From NCBI RefSeq assembly GCF_006345805.1, contig NC_042997.1, positions 196,478,001-196,542,000 of the forward strand: DNA of 64,000 nucleotides. The letters run 5' to 3'. Of this stretch, positions 52,190 to 64,000 are shown piece after piece. How positions within the stretch are numbered: the first letter of the stretch is position 1; each line of letters opens with the position of its first letter. The stretch comes from Octopus sinensis. Taxonomy: Eukaryota. A program made the position numbers and the translations under genes. The notes below the pieces were generated by a model. That model ran no database searches, was not told where the DNA came from, and saw nothing but the letters and a program-made list of their open reading frames with translations.

Positions 52190-52284
52190 CATGGCACCTT
52201 GGGAAAGTGTCTTCTAATATAGCCTCGGGCCGACCAAAGCCTTGTGAGTGGATTTGGTAGACAGAAACTGAAAGAATCCCGTCG

Positions 52285-52364
<80 letters not shown>

Positions 52365-52950
52365 GTTTGTGTGTCTGTGTTTGTCCCCCCAACGTCGCTT
52401 GACAACCGATGCTGGTGTGTTTACGTCCCCGAAACTTAGCGGTTCGGGAAAAGAGACCGATAGAATAAGTACTAGGCTTATAAAGTCCTGGGGTCGATTT
52501 GCTCGACTAAAGGCAGTGCTCCAGCATGGCCACAGTCAAATGACTGAAACAAGTAAAGAGAGTAAAAGAGAGTAAATAGAATTTGAAGAAATTAATATAG
52601 GCGCAGGCGTGGCTGTGTGGTAAGAAGCTTGCTTCCCAATCACATGGTTCCGAGGTCAGCCCCACTGCGTGTTACCTTGCACAAGTGCCTTCCACTATAG
52701 CCTTGGGCTGACCAAAGCCTTGAAAGTGGATTTGGTAGACGGAAACTGAAAGAAGCCCGTCGTATATATATATATGCATATGTTTGTGTGTCTGTGTTTG
52801 TCATCCACCATCGCTTGACAACCAACGTTGGCGTGCTTACGTCCCTATAACCGATAGAATAAGTACTAGGCTTACAAAGAATAAGTCCTGGGGTAGATTT
52901 GTTCGACTAAGGGAGGTGCACCAGCATGGACGCAGTCAAATGTCTGAAAA
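52190..52950 (+). mobile_element. Two adjacent family A SINEs (52190-52570, 52600-52950)
   Basis: Both show the A body, microsatellite and tail. Confidence 0.8.
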
Positions 52951-54109
52951 AAAAATGATAGAATTTTGTATTCTGAAAGGTGTTGATACAACATGGGTAA
53001 ATGGTCCAGAGGTTCGCTTCGCAGTCACGAGACTCGGAGTTCGATACCGTGGCATGACATCATGGATAAATGGATTCTTAAAATGTTATCTGAGCCAGGC
53101 ATTGACAGGGGAATGGGTTAACGAAAACTCTCCGGAATTCCACCTGACCTATCGTACCTGTAATTTACAGGTAAAACCTTGACATGCATTGTTTCACGTT
53201 GATTCTACCTCGATGTTAGATCACTGGTGCACGTCACCGTGAGGCACTTGCGCAAGGTACCACGCAGTGGGGCTGAACCCGGAACCATGTGGTTGGGAAT
53301 CAAGCTTCTTACCACGCTAAACCAATGAGCAAGCGATTCATTTGATCGGTCAGTCGAATCCTGATCGTCGAAATCGACGGAGATCCATCCACTTTTATTT
53401 ATTTCAAAACATACCCGGTTGCAATAGTTGTCAATGGAAGTATCTTAATGGGATTTCAATAATACCCTGGTGTTTTCAAGACCAATGTTAATTATATAAT
53501 CAGGCTTTTAAGAGTTTCTGCTAACAACCTTGAGATATGGAAAACTGGTTCGGCTGTCGAAAATGTCCAGAATTCAATGGTTGATGTTGTGGCATTGAGT
53601 ACTGAAGTACACACACATACACAAACACAACAGCTACTCATAATGGTATTAGTCTCATTGGAGGAAATCAAGTTGAGAACTGAGTTAAAAAAAGGAGTTT
53701 GTTAAATACACCCGTTGTTATGCTAATATGATAGTTCTTTTTTTAATGCTGAGAACGAAAAAGCATGTCCACAAAAATAGATGGGAAATATGAAGAGAAA
53801 GAAAAACAAATGCAATAGATTAGAAATACAAGAGGATGAAAAAAAATATAGGGTAGAATAGCAAGTAGGAAAATGAACGTTAGTAAAAGAAAGGCGGTGA
53901 TTGATGAATCACTTGTGGTGTCAAGAACGTGATGACAAGCTGCTTCGGTATTACATGCAGAAAATTGCTATTTTGCTTCGGCACGGGTTTCTCGGTGCAA
54001 CCGTTCTTGACGTGTGTGTGTGTGAGCGGTCATTTTTGACAAGATCTAAATCTAGCTTGAACCCTTTTTCATTCAGATTACTCTGACAAATGTCCTTGTT
54101 TGTTAACAT

Positions 54110-54450
54110 TGTTTTGTTTGTCTGTCCTTGTTTGTCCTCTCTGCGTTTAGCCCCTTGTGGGTAGTAAAGCAATAGGTATTTCGTCTGCCACTACGTTGTG
54201 AGTTCAAATTCCGCTAAGGTCGACTTTGCCTTTCATCCTTTCGGGGTCGATTAAATGAGTAACAGTTACGCATTGGGGTCGATATAATCGACTTAATCCG
54301 TTTGTCTGTCCTTGTTTGTCCTCACTGTGTTTAGCCTCTTGTAGGTATTTCGTCTGTCTTTATGTTCTGAGTTCAAATTCCGCCGAGGTCGACTTTGTCT
54401 TTCATCCTTTCGGGGTCGATAAATTAAGTACCAGTTACGCACTGGGGTCC
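54110..54450 (+). mobile_element. Family B multimer, headless
   Basis: tail1|GGTATTTCGTC junctions at about 54175 and 54345. Confidence 0.8.
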
Positions 54451-54847
54451 AAATGTCCTTCTTTATTAACATCTTTTTGAATTAATCATGCATTATCTTG
54501 CAGTTTTGGAGGTTTCAACGATGTGATCGTTTATTTTTAGAAAGAGATCGTAGGGTATGGGTAATAGGTTGAATCTTGCCTTGCACTGAATATTCCAGTG
54601 GAATATTTGGACCGAATATGGGCAGTATAAATGCTAAAGGGTTAAAAATAAGCACACATGTGTTATACTAGTTTCAAATTTATGCACAAGGCTAGTGATT
54701 TTATCGACCCCGAAAGGGATGAAAGGAAAAGTCGACCTCGGTGGCATTTGAACTCAGAACGTAAAGACGGACGAAATGCCGCTAAGCATTTTGCCCGATG
54801 CGCTAACGATTTTGTCGGGTCGCTGCCTTTGTATATGTTGAAATTAT

Positions 54848-55458
54848 TCTTTTCTACTCTAGGTACAAGGCTCGAAATTTTGGGGGAGGAGGTCAGTCGA
54901 TTAGATCGACCTCAGTGCGCAGCTGGTATTTAATTTATCGACTCTGAAAGGATGAAAGGCAAAGTCGACCTCGGTGGAATTTGAATTCAGAACGACAGAC
55001 GAAATACCGCCAAGCATTTTGCCCGGCGTGCTAACGTTTCTTATTTCTTTATTGCCTACAAGGGGCTAAACATAGAGGGGACAAACAAGGACAGACAAAC
55101 GGTTTAAGTCAATTATATCGACCCCAGTGCGTAACTGGTACTTAATTTATCGACTCCGAAAGAATGAAAGGCAAAGTTGACCTCGGCGGAATTTGAACTC
55201 AGAATGTAACGGCAGACGAAATACCTATTTCTTTACTACCCACAAGGGGCTAAACACAGAGAGGACAAACAAGGACAGACAAACGGTTTAAGTCGATTAT
55301 ATCGACCCCAGTGCGTAACTGGTACTTAATTTATCGACTCCGAAAGGATGAAAGGCAAAGTCGACCTCGGCGGAATTTGAACTCAGAACGTAGCGGCAGA
55401 CGAAATACTGCTAAGCATTTCACCCGGCGTGCTAACGTTTCTGCCAGCTCGCCGCCTT
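54848..55458 (-). mobile_element. Family B trimer ending in tail 2 (a separate B copy lies at about 54700-54830)
   Basis: Junctions at about 55225 (standard) and 55041 (alternative, at GAAACGTTAGC). Confidence 0.85.
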
Positions 55459-56189
55459 GTATGTTATAAACATTGCAATGTCATATGGTGACGAGCTGAT
55501 AGAGTCATTAGATTGTTTAAAAAATGCTTTGCGGTGTTCGTTCTGGTTCTTTATGTCCTGAGTTCAAATCGTACCGAGATCAACTTTGTCCTTCAACTTT
55601 TGCTGGCCAATAAAAGGAAATACCAGTAACATACTGAGGTCAGTGATGTCGACTCATCTCTCTCCTTGAAATTGTTGGCCTTGTGTCTTTATCAGAAATC
55701 ACTGTTGCAATACCACCATTTTCCTAGTTTTAGCATTAAAGAAAAAGTATTTGAGGAGAACCGTCTTTGTAGGAAATATATTTACCGGAGATACGGTAAT
55801 TCTGACATACGCGTTGTATTATCTAAATGATTTCCTTCAAACAATGATGAAAAAAAATTTGTATTTTAAGATTTTTAATAGAGAACTGCATAAGCTATTG
55901 ATCTGGATCCGCAATTTTAGCTGCTTGCTTATAAACATAGGAAATTAATGGTGCTAAATAGCATATGGTGATATCGTTTGTTTCATGCTTCTCAATATAT
56001 CAAGAATAATGGACTTTTATCATGATGTTTCTATATATAATGAGGAAATGTCTAGCGTTTCATATCTCACATGATATATCGATAATAAATATTGCAGGAA
56101 TTTAGACTAACACTAACGATCAGTAAAACAGAATCAAAATTCTCTATTATTGAATTAAATTCTTATTTAAAAAATATAAATAAATGCGC

Positions 56190-56432
56190 TCTTTTAAAGT
56201 CTAGCCAGGTTCATGGGTCCGGTTTCCCGGTTTCCATGGCGTGTGTGTTCCTCAGCTGGACGGGACGCCAGTCCATCGCAGCGTTAAACATTTTTGCCAC
56301 CTGAGTGGACTGGAGCAACGTGAAATGAAGTGTTTTGCTCAAGAACACAACGCATCACCCGGTCCAGGAATCGAAACCACAATCTTACGATCGTGATGCT
56401 GACACCCTAACCACTAAGCCACGCGCCTTCAC
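56190..56432 (-). mobile_element. Family D SINE, tail ii
   Basis: Reverse complement of 21583-21818. Confidence 0.8.
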
Positions 56433-56812
56433 AAATTCTTATTTACTCAACGAGAAATGGAACCTGTTTCGGCTCTCATTGGTTTGTTTAATGAAAGTAT
56501 TCTTAAATTTTAAATTACTGTCTTGTTATTTTACCAGTCACTTGGATTCTAAGCCAGCGCTATGAACCGCATTTTTTAAAAAACATTTCCTTTAGTTCAT
56601 TCTATCGATGTTCATAGCTTCATTATAAACATAAATTCTGGTATCGATTAACAAACATTAAGCCAATAACTGATGGTACCTTAAAGTTCCAAATGCATGA
56701 CAGCATGAAGGCTGCTTTGAATAGATCTTTCCAACTGAGAAATTACAATGTTATACTGTGTGTATTTCGCAAAATCTCTATCGGTGGTTCTAATGAGTGA
56801 CAAATCCTAGGC

Positions 56813-57007
56813 TTGCAGAAATGTAAAACCAAATTGAGAAAGCCCTCAGTGAAAGGGAAGCAATTTGAGTTGCGAGAGGAAATTCTGAGAAAAACGACGG
56901 TGGAGATCCATTTTATTTCAGAAAAGGCGTTCCAGAGGTGTTACCAGCTGTGGCAGAACCACTGGGAAAATGTGGACAGCCAAGGGGAGTTTTTTGAAGG
57001 TGATTAA
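56813..57007 (+). pseudogene. mariner transposase C-terminal fragment
   Basis: KLRKPSVKGKQFELREEI..ISEKAFQRCYQLWQNHWENVDSQGEFFEGD* matches the mariner ending GxRF..AFQ.CF..W..RW..C...QG.YFEGD. Confidence 0.7.
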
Positions 57008-57080
57008 GTAACATTTGTGAAATGCATAAAATTGCTTTTTTTTAACGTAATTTATATATAGTTTTAAGATACATCGCGTG

Positions 57081-57410
57081 GATGCTCCGGTCTGCATCAT
57101 TACTAGCGTTTTTGGAGTCCCAGGGGTTTCGGGTCTTTCAACATCAGACCCACTCGCCCTGTTGACCCAACCGGGGTTGATCAAGTCCTAGCTCGCTTCT
57201 CAGTAGTAGCAAACCACTAGTTCGCTCGCTTTATCCAAAGCCGCCTAGTGATATTCTTAGCAGCTTTAGTGACAGAATTTATAGCCCCCCACTCGTTGCT
57301 GCGATAGTAACCCAAATCCCAGTCAGAGCTTTGTAGAATGAACGTCCCATGAAACCCCGACAGTCCACTTCTTTTGCTTTACAACCTGCACACTAACCCC
57401 AGTTTCTGTG
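57081..57410 (-). mobile_element. HERO-like RLE non-LTR retrotransposon 3' end
   Basis: Minus translation EVDCRGFMGRSFYKAL / AINSVTKAAKNITRRLWIKR, followed by UTR GATCAACCCCGGTTGGGTC..TGATGTTGAAAGACCCGAAAC. Both resemble HERO 3' ends as recalled. Confidence 0.65.
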
Positions 57411-57691
57411 CTACTCTACCAACTCCTAGTATCTGACAAGCTTCCTCTCATGAAGTTCCTCCATATGTTTCTCCTAGAGCACAGCCAGTTACCACATGAT
57501 CACATGTTTGGTGGAATTTGAGACCACTGGCCTGGGTGGAGTGTTGTGGGTACCATGGTATAACATCCTACATATATTTTTATTTTTACTTTTATTCTCT
57601 TATTTCCCTTTATACTTCTTATTTCCATCCTTTTCCAAAATAACTCTTTATACTGAACCCTACTATTTCCCTCTATGTAACCATCTCATAT

Positions 57692-57987
57692 GTGGAGGCA
57701 CATAACCTAGTGGTTAGAGCAGCGGACTCGCGGTTGAGGGATAGCGAGTTCGAATCTCAGACCGGGCGATGTGTGTGTTTATGAGCGAAACACCTAAGCT
57801 CCACGCGGCTCCAGCAGAAGGTAATGGCGAACTTCTGCTGACTCTTTCGCCACAACTTTCTCTCACTCTTTCTTCCTGCATCTTGCAGCTCACCTACGAC
57901 GGACAGGTGTCCAGTCCAGGTGGGGGACCTATACGCCAAGGAAACCGGCCCTATGAGCCAGGTGTGGCTCGAGAAGGAACAAACAAC
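57692..57987 (+). mobile_element. Family C SINE with tail ii
   Basis: C head, then CAGCTCACC..GGAAACCGGCCCTATGAGCCAGG tail shared with family D. Confidence 0.8.
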
Positions 57988-57998
57988 CATCTCACATC

Positions 57999-58046
57999 AT
58001 CTCTGATGAAGGGGTATCCCTAATATCCAAGAAACAGCTGAAAGAC
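57999..58046 (+). ncRNA. Hammerhead of the 16695 family, cleavage triplet mutated
   Basis: ATCT-CTGATGA-AGGGGTATCCCTAATATCCAA-GAAA-CAGCTG-AA-AGAC. Confidence 0.45.
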
Positions 58047-58132
58047 TAACTTTCTCTTTATAAATGTCCTAAAAATTCCACACAGCCTTGACTTTGTTGT
58101 CTCATTCTATTTAACACACACACACACACACA

Positions 58133-58164
<32 letters not shown>

Positions 58165-58179
58165 ACACACATTCTTTTA

Positions 58180-58560
58180 TTTGCTGGAGCATCGTCTTTA
58201 GTCGAACAGATCGACTCCAGGGCTTATTCATTGTAAGCCTAGTACCTATTCTATCTGTCTCTTTTGCCGAACCGCTAAATTACTGGAACGTAAACACACC
58301 AACATCGGTTGTCAAGCGATGATGGGGGACAAACACACACACACACAAACATATACATACATTATATATATATATATATATATATACGACAGGCGTTTTC
58401 CAGTTTGTCTACAAAATCCCCTCATAAGGCTTTGGTCGGTTCGAGGTTAGTTATAGTAGAAGACATTTGCCCAGGGTGCCACGCAGTGGGTAAGAAAACT
58501 ACTTACCACACAGCTACTCCTAAATTACTGGAACGTAAACACACCAACATCGGTTGTCAA
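58180..58560 (-). mobile_element. Family A SINE with a partial internal duplication (to about 58610)
   Basis: CTAAATTACTGGAACGTAAACACACCAACATCGG occurs twice (about 58276 and 58520). Confidence 0.75.
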
Positions 58561-58603
58561 GCGATGATGGGGGACAAACACACACACACAAACATATACA
58601 TAC

Positions 58604-58641
<38 letters not shown>

Positions 58642-60139
58642 TAGATAGATAGATAGATATAGGTATATACATACACACACGCACACTAGAAACGTAAATT
58701 AACACTATAAAACTATGAGATACATTGAAATTAGAGTGACTAAAGTTTGCCTTCATGTAAATGATTTATGAAATTATGTTCCTTTATAAAATATGAAAAT
58801 ATCCTTCAAGGACATCATGCTTTATGAACAAAAAATGTCTCTTTTTCTTTTATTAAAAATGTCACTTTTGACTAACAAATGTCACACAACATCGTTTCAT
58901 GTTTTTTTGAGTTTCAAACAACACTCTAAGTGCTTTTCGCTTCTTTCAAAACCAAAGACTACAAAATATTAATAAGAAACAAATCAGGGAAAGAAAAGAA
59001 ATAACAACCGAACAAAGGCAAGCCTGGGAAAAATTGCGATTTTGTTGAAGATTAAAATAGAACAAATCCCTGTTTTTTTTTTTTTTTTTTAACAAAAGAA
59101 AAACGCTGAAAGACAAAACACAATAATGAAATCTTTTGTTTCTCTCATCATAAACAGTTTTTATTAAAGAAATGCAAAAATGTTACCCTTTTATTCTTTC
59201 TTCGAAGTGCTTACAGGAGAATTGGAGTTATGTATCTGTTTGGGAAAATTCTATGGAGTCAATATTCTGTCTGGGAGGGTTTTAGATATAAGATATACTT
59301 CCTACTTTTTTCTTAATTTCTGAAGAAAACTGTTGACTTAAAAAATAAATATTCAATGTTTTTATCTGTTTTGCTTATACGTTTTTCAACTTTTGTAGGT
59401 TTGTACTAAAGATAAGCAGATCGATATTGGAAACAAGATCAGAAATTTAGGTGAAGAATAGTGATGTCGAACCACTTAATGTAGTAAAACAAAGCACTGG
59501 TAGATTTAGTAAGTTTAATATCGATCACAGAGTTAATATTGATAATCGTTCGGAATGTCTCACTATTTACGCATAACCTTAATAATCGGTGAACCATAAA
59601 TATTTAATGACAATTTTCTTTTAAAAATATGGATTATAAATGTAAAGGAACATAGGAGATAAAAGCTTTTAAGCACATCAACACTTTCCCTTGATGAACA
59701 TTTGAAAGCTGTTTGCATACAAAAGCAGACAATCTCCGAACAAAGTAGAGGGTTTCAAAGTAAATACTGTTTGGCTAGTTTCACTTTTAAAAATGAATTT
59801 TTATTGAGTGTACGAGGTTCCATTACAGACTGATATTCAATATATTGATGAAAGAAATATTAAGTACAAGTTTTATTGTCAACCATCGTTTTCAAACATT
59901 GACAGATGTTTTAGAACAATATATTATTATTGATTAGTTTTTAGATCAAAGCCAATATTTTGTAGGTGAGCGGGTGTCGGAGTTATAGGCGATGGAAGAA
60001 ACCTCAGTATATCGTTGGTATACTGATTTTATCACAAACTAGAAATAAAATACAAGCCGGTTTAGATCATAAATCAGCTCAAAATGTAAAAGAAACAACT
60101 ATATTATTGTAACACATTTAGTCCAACTCCCAACTGCTA

Positions 60140-60395
60140 AATTGCTTCACTCCTGCTCCAGAGCGTGGGCTGCGGGGTCACTCCGAAAAGCACTATCTAC
60201 GACGATTTCATCTCAATCGAAGGAGAGGGGGTTTTTGCGTCCGGGTTGCGGATCCGTGGAATAAGCTGCCAGACGAGATAGTTCAAAGCCTCTCTTGACT
60301 AGAAATGGCCTGAGCTCTTTGTATGAACACCCTCCTTGTCATCCTACATGGCCTTGCTTTTGCTTTCTGAGCCAATAAAAATTGAACTGAATTGA
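60140..60395 (+). mobile_element. CR1 LINE 3' end
   Basis: From 60170: LRGHSEKHYLRRFHLNRRRGGFCVRVADPWNKLPDEIV (RGH..RV...WN.LP motif), followed by a UTR and AATTGAACTGAATTG tail. Confidence 0.8.
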
Positions 60396-60662
60396 AAAAA
60401 TTGCTGGACTATAAAAATATATTGGTTTCAATTTTGGCAGACGGATAGTAATTTCAGGAGAGTTAAATCGACCCCAGTGCTCAGCTGGTATTTCTTTCAC
60501 CGAGTTCGAAAGGAAGAAAGGCAGAATCGAATTGGAGCGGTATTGAACTTAGAACGTAAAGACGAACAAAATGCCGCTAAACATTGAACCTGGCGTGCTA
60601 ACGACTTTGCCAGATCGCCGCCTTCCTATAAAAGATGCGTATATTAGTAATAACAAAGAAAG

Positions 60663-60966
60663 ATGTTTGTTCCTTCTCGAGTCACGCCTGGCTCATAGTG
60701 CCGGTTTCCCGGTTTCCTTGGCATATAGGTTCCCCACCTGGACGGGATGCCGGTCCGTCGCAGGTGAGCTGCAAGATGCAGGAGGAAAGAGTGAGAGAAA
60801 TTTTGTGGCGAAAGAGTCAGCAGAAGTTCGCCATTACCTTCTGCCAGAGCCGAGTGGAGCTTAGGTGCTTCGCTCATAAACACACACATCACCCGGTCTG
60901 AGATTCGAACCCGCGATCCCTCGACCGCGAGTCCGCTGTTCAAACCACTACGCCATGTGCCTCCAC
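60663..60966 (-). mobile_element. Family C SINE with tail ii
   Basis: Reverse complement of 57692-57987. Confidence 0.8.
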
Positions 60967-63168
60967 AACAAAGAACGATAGCCGTCAATAATAACTTCCA
61001 ACTTAATCTTTCCTATGACTGTATATATATGCATAGATACGTAAATGTATATACACACAAATATACACTCACACACATACGTATACTCACATCCATCCAT
61101 CAGTCTGTCTGTTTGTCTCTCTCTCTCTGCCTGTCTGTCTGCTTGTTTGCCTGTACGTCTATCTATATAATGTGCGTGTGCACACGCCTATATATAAATA
61201 TGTGCATGCGTGTGTGTATATGTATGCTGTTTGTGTGTGTGTGTGTGTGTGTGCGTGTATGTGTATCCAAATGTACGTACTCCTAAATATATACCCGTAA
61301 ATAGAAAGAAAAAAAAAACGTGAGAAAATTATCTATCAACGTATATGACCGTGGGTTAATATATTTAACTTCGGCTGTCCTCATCCAGGAAAGACAGAAA
61401 TACGTATCCTGTAGCTCTGACAAACTTCCATAAAACTCCCAGACTTATTCCAACAATCAAATATGGCTGACACGATATAATCTGGCGTTGCTGAAACTAC
61501 GGAAGTTTAGTGAGAAAAATGCATGTCTTCCCACAAATTGCATTTCAAATAGTTGCTCTGAGATATTGAACCACCATATGTGAAGTAAGAATAATTGATT
61601 GGTTTTATCGGCATATTGTTTTATACCCACCAACTATGTTTCTGCTTCTTCCCTTCCTTCCTTCTTCAGTTCTTTCTCCATCTTAAGACACACTCATGTT
61701 TGTTATTACGGGTGTTGTTACGTCTGTGTGTGTAAGTTCTAAGAACGTAACCAAGCACGCACAGATATATATAAATGTGTGATTAATAGAAAATCTAAAA
61801 CTACTTGGAGAACACCGGGTTCGGGATATTGTTTTAATAAGCCAAACTTTTCGGAGATATTAATGCAAAATTTCCCATAAAAATCAGATCAGGCTTCTAG
61901 CAACCTCTTCGAACTTGAAATCGACCAATTATGCTCTGCTTATTTCATAGTGGATCTACATAGAAATGAGAAATTAGTTTTGCAGTTTCAAATCGCTTCT
62001 GTCAGTTTTAAAGGGATTGGTGTAGCTAACCTTCTACCTCGTTAATCAATGTATCTTTACTGTGTTGACCTCGGTGCATTGTTAATGGCGATATTAAGCG
62101 TGAGAAAGACAAAGGAGATGAGCAAAGAGATGGGGTAAAGTGGGAAGATAGGGAAAGAGAGAGAGAGAGAGAGAGAGAGAAAAAGAGAGAGAGAGAAAGA
62201 ATGAAAAAGGAGGAGGAGAGAAAAAGAGAATAGAGAGCAGAGACCAAAAACGGTAGGAGGGAAAATTCGTGTGAATCTTCCTTTTGTAATATAAAGGTAT
62301 TTCCAAAAGACTATGTTGAAGTGTAGCATTGAAGAAAGAATCGGAAATAACGATTTAATAACATGTCTTTGCTAATCCTATTTCCAGGCTCTAACTCCCC
62401 CCACCACTCACCAACAAGAACTGCATATTTTAGTGATCACGTGACGAGACAGGTTTTGATACGGACAATGATAAATTGATGCGAGTGAGCATTAAACTTG
62501 GGTTATTCTGGAAGGTTGGCTAATCCGAAAACGAGGAGCTTATTACATTTAACCTTGACGGAACAGCTGTTTGACACATAGATTTTATGCCTTATTAGCG
62601 AAGTTTCATCGTGTAAAAAGCTGGGAAATGTCAGGAGTTTTATTAATGGTATGACCATGTTCGTTTGGAGCAGCTTATAGGAAATTACGAACATTTGACA
62701 TTAATAGGTCCAACTTATCAAACACTAGTTTCCTCTTGGTAGTTTTATCAAATTTATCGATATCAATAAGTTATGAACAGTAAAACTTAGTCAATCAATA
62801 TAAGATTTTCTTTCTGCGTTGATATTGATTTTCAAGATTAAAATAATTTCAACATAAATTTAAGCAAGTACATCATAAAAAAGCCATTTAGTAACCACAC
62901 AAAACTGTTAAATTCACTTTTGATTTCAATTTATTTTATGAGGTGTTAAAAGTTTCGTCGCACAACTGTGACCTGGTCGGTGACTCAGCTCCACGGTAAC
63001 ACAGTTGGGGGACGATAATTTTGACGCATCATGAATTATATTTAAATTTAAGGGGAATTTAACAGCTTTGTGTGGTATTCAATGGAACTTTCGTGATGGA
63101 ATTCTTTCAGTTACAGCAGACGCTATGACATCTAAATTTATAAATGAATATATGAATATATATATATG

Positions 63169-63202
<34 letters not shown>

Positions 63203-63333
63203 AGTGCGTAGTCATATATATACAAAGAAATACATTTAAATGTATATGCTTATGTATAAGAAGCATTATTACCGTTATTTGTAGTAATAATAAGGTGGCT
63301 AGCAAGTGGCATTTTATACCCTATTGAATCTTG

Positions 63334-63364
<31 letters not shown>

Positions 63365-63718
63365 TATATCTACACACAAACACACATCCATACCCAATTT
63401 ATATATGTATATACATATATACACACATGCATATAATTGTATATTTATCAATAAATCCATAGATATATTCTTGTGTATATACATACGTATATAACATAAT
63501 ATAATGCGATCTATATATATATACACATATATATACTTGCACATGTATGTATACACATGCAACTGTACACACAGGATGTACTATGTGTATATGTATATAT
63601 ATATACATACTATATTCCATATATCACTGAGATATGAATATTTGCTTGTTGCATTACCATTATTACTTTCTTATGCCGAAACTCTGCAAAATATATTTCT
63701 AGGTGTTAATCCTTTATT

Positions 63719-63772
<54 letters not shown>

Positions 63773-64000
63773 GTTTGATTTATTATTCCGCAGCTAAACT
63801 CATCTTTATGTCAGAAAATCGATTGAAACTTTTCAGACATTTTACGTTTTAACAATTTCTGTTGAAGCATGTTGTTAATTAAACATCATTAATACAATTT
63901 GATAACTACAGCAGTATTTTAAGTCTCACCTTAGAATTACTTCTTGGGTAACTCGATTGCCTTTGATGGCGGAGGGTGTCCGTTTGTGTGTGCGTATGTG

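Noticed and set aside
61435-61590. Serine-protease-like motif YNLALLKL..ACLP in a + frame
   Set aside because: The catalytic Asp is absent, the spacing is too short, and no flanking protease motifs or compatible splice sites are present.

Overview
AT-rich, microsatellite-saturated, non-bacterial animal genomic DNA. The SINE repertoire and composition suggest a cephalopod, probably Octopus; this is an inference from recalled family resemblance, not a database search. Only one coding region is confidently identifiable: a 1.1-kb minus-strand exon (24851-23730) encoding a protein with about three tandem MATH/TRAF-like domains, with a perfect Kozak context, an upstream acceptor at 25110 and a phase-0 donor at 23729. 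Nearly all other listed ORFs are microsatellite or SINE artefacts. The rest is mobile DNA: four tRNA-head SINE families (my labels A-D), one 5S rRNA-headed chimera carrying the family-A tail, two R4/Dong RLE retrotransposon remnants next to a 1.3-kb TAA/TGA/TAG array, HERO and CR1-type LINE 3' ends, three Tc1/mariner relics, four Helitron-like non-autonomous elements or fragments, and several Penelope-type minimal hammerhead ribozyme motifs. Best leads: (1) a candidate 5S-derived SINE sharing a 3' tail with a tRNA SINE; (2) SINE multimers with a recurrent fixed junction, suggesting site-specific self-insertion; (3) hammerheads with unusual stem II and stem III architecture; (4) candidate small exons of unidentified host gene(s). 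Repeat boundaries are approximate (about +/-10 nt) unless stated to the base.
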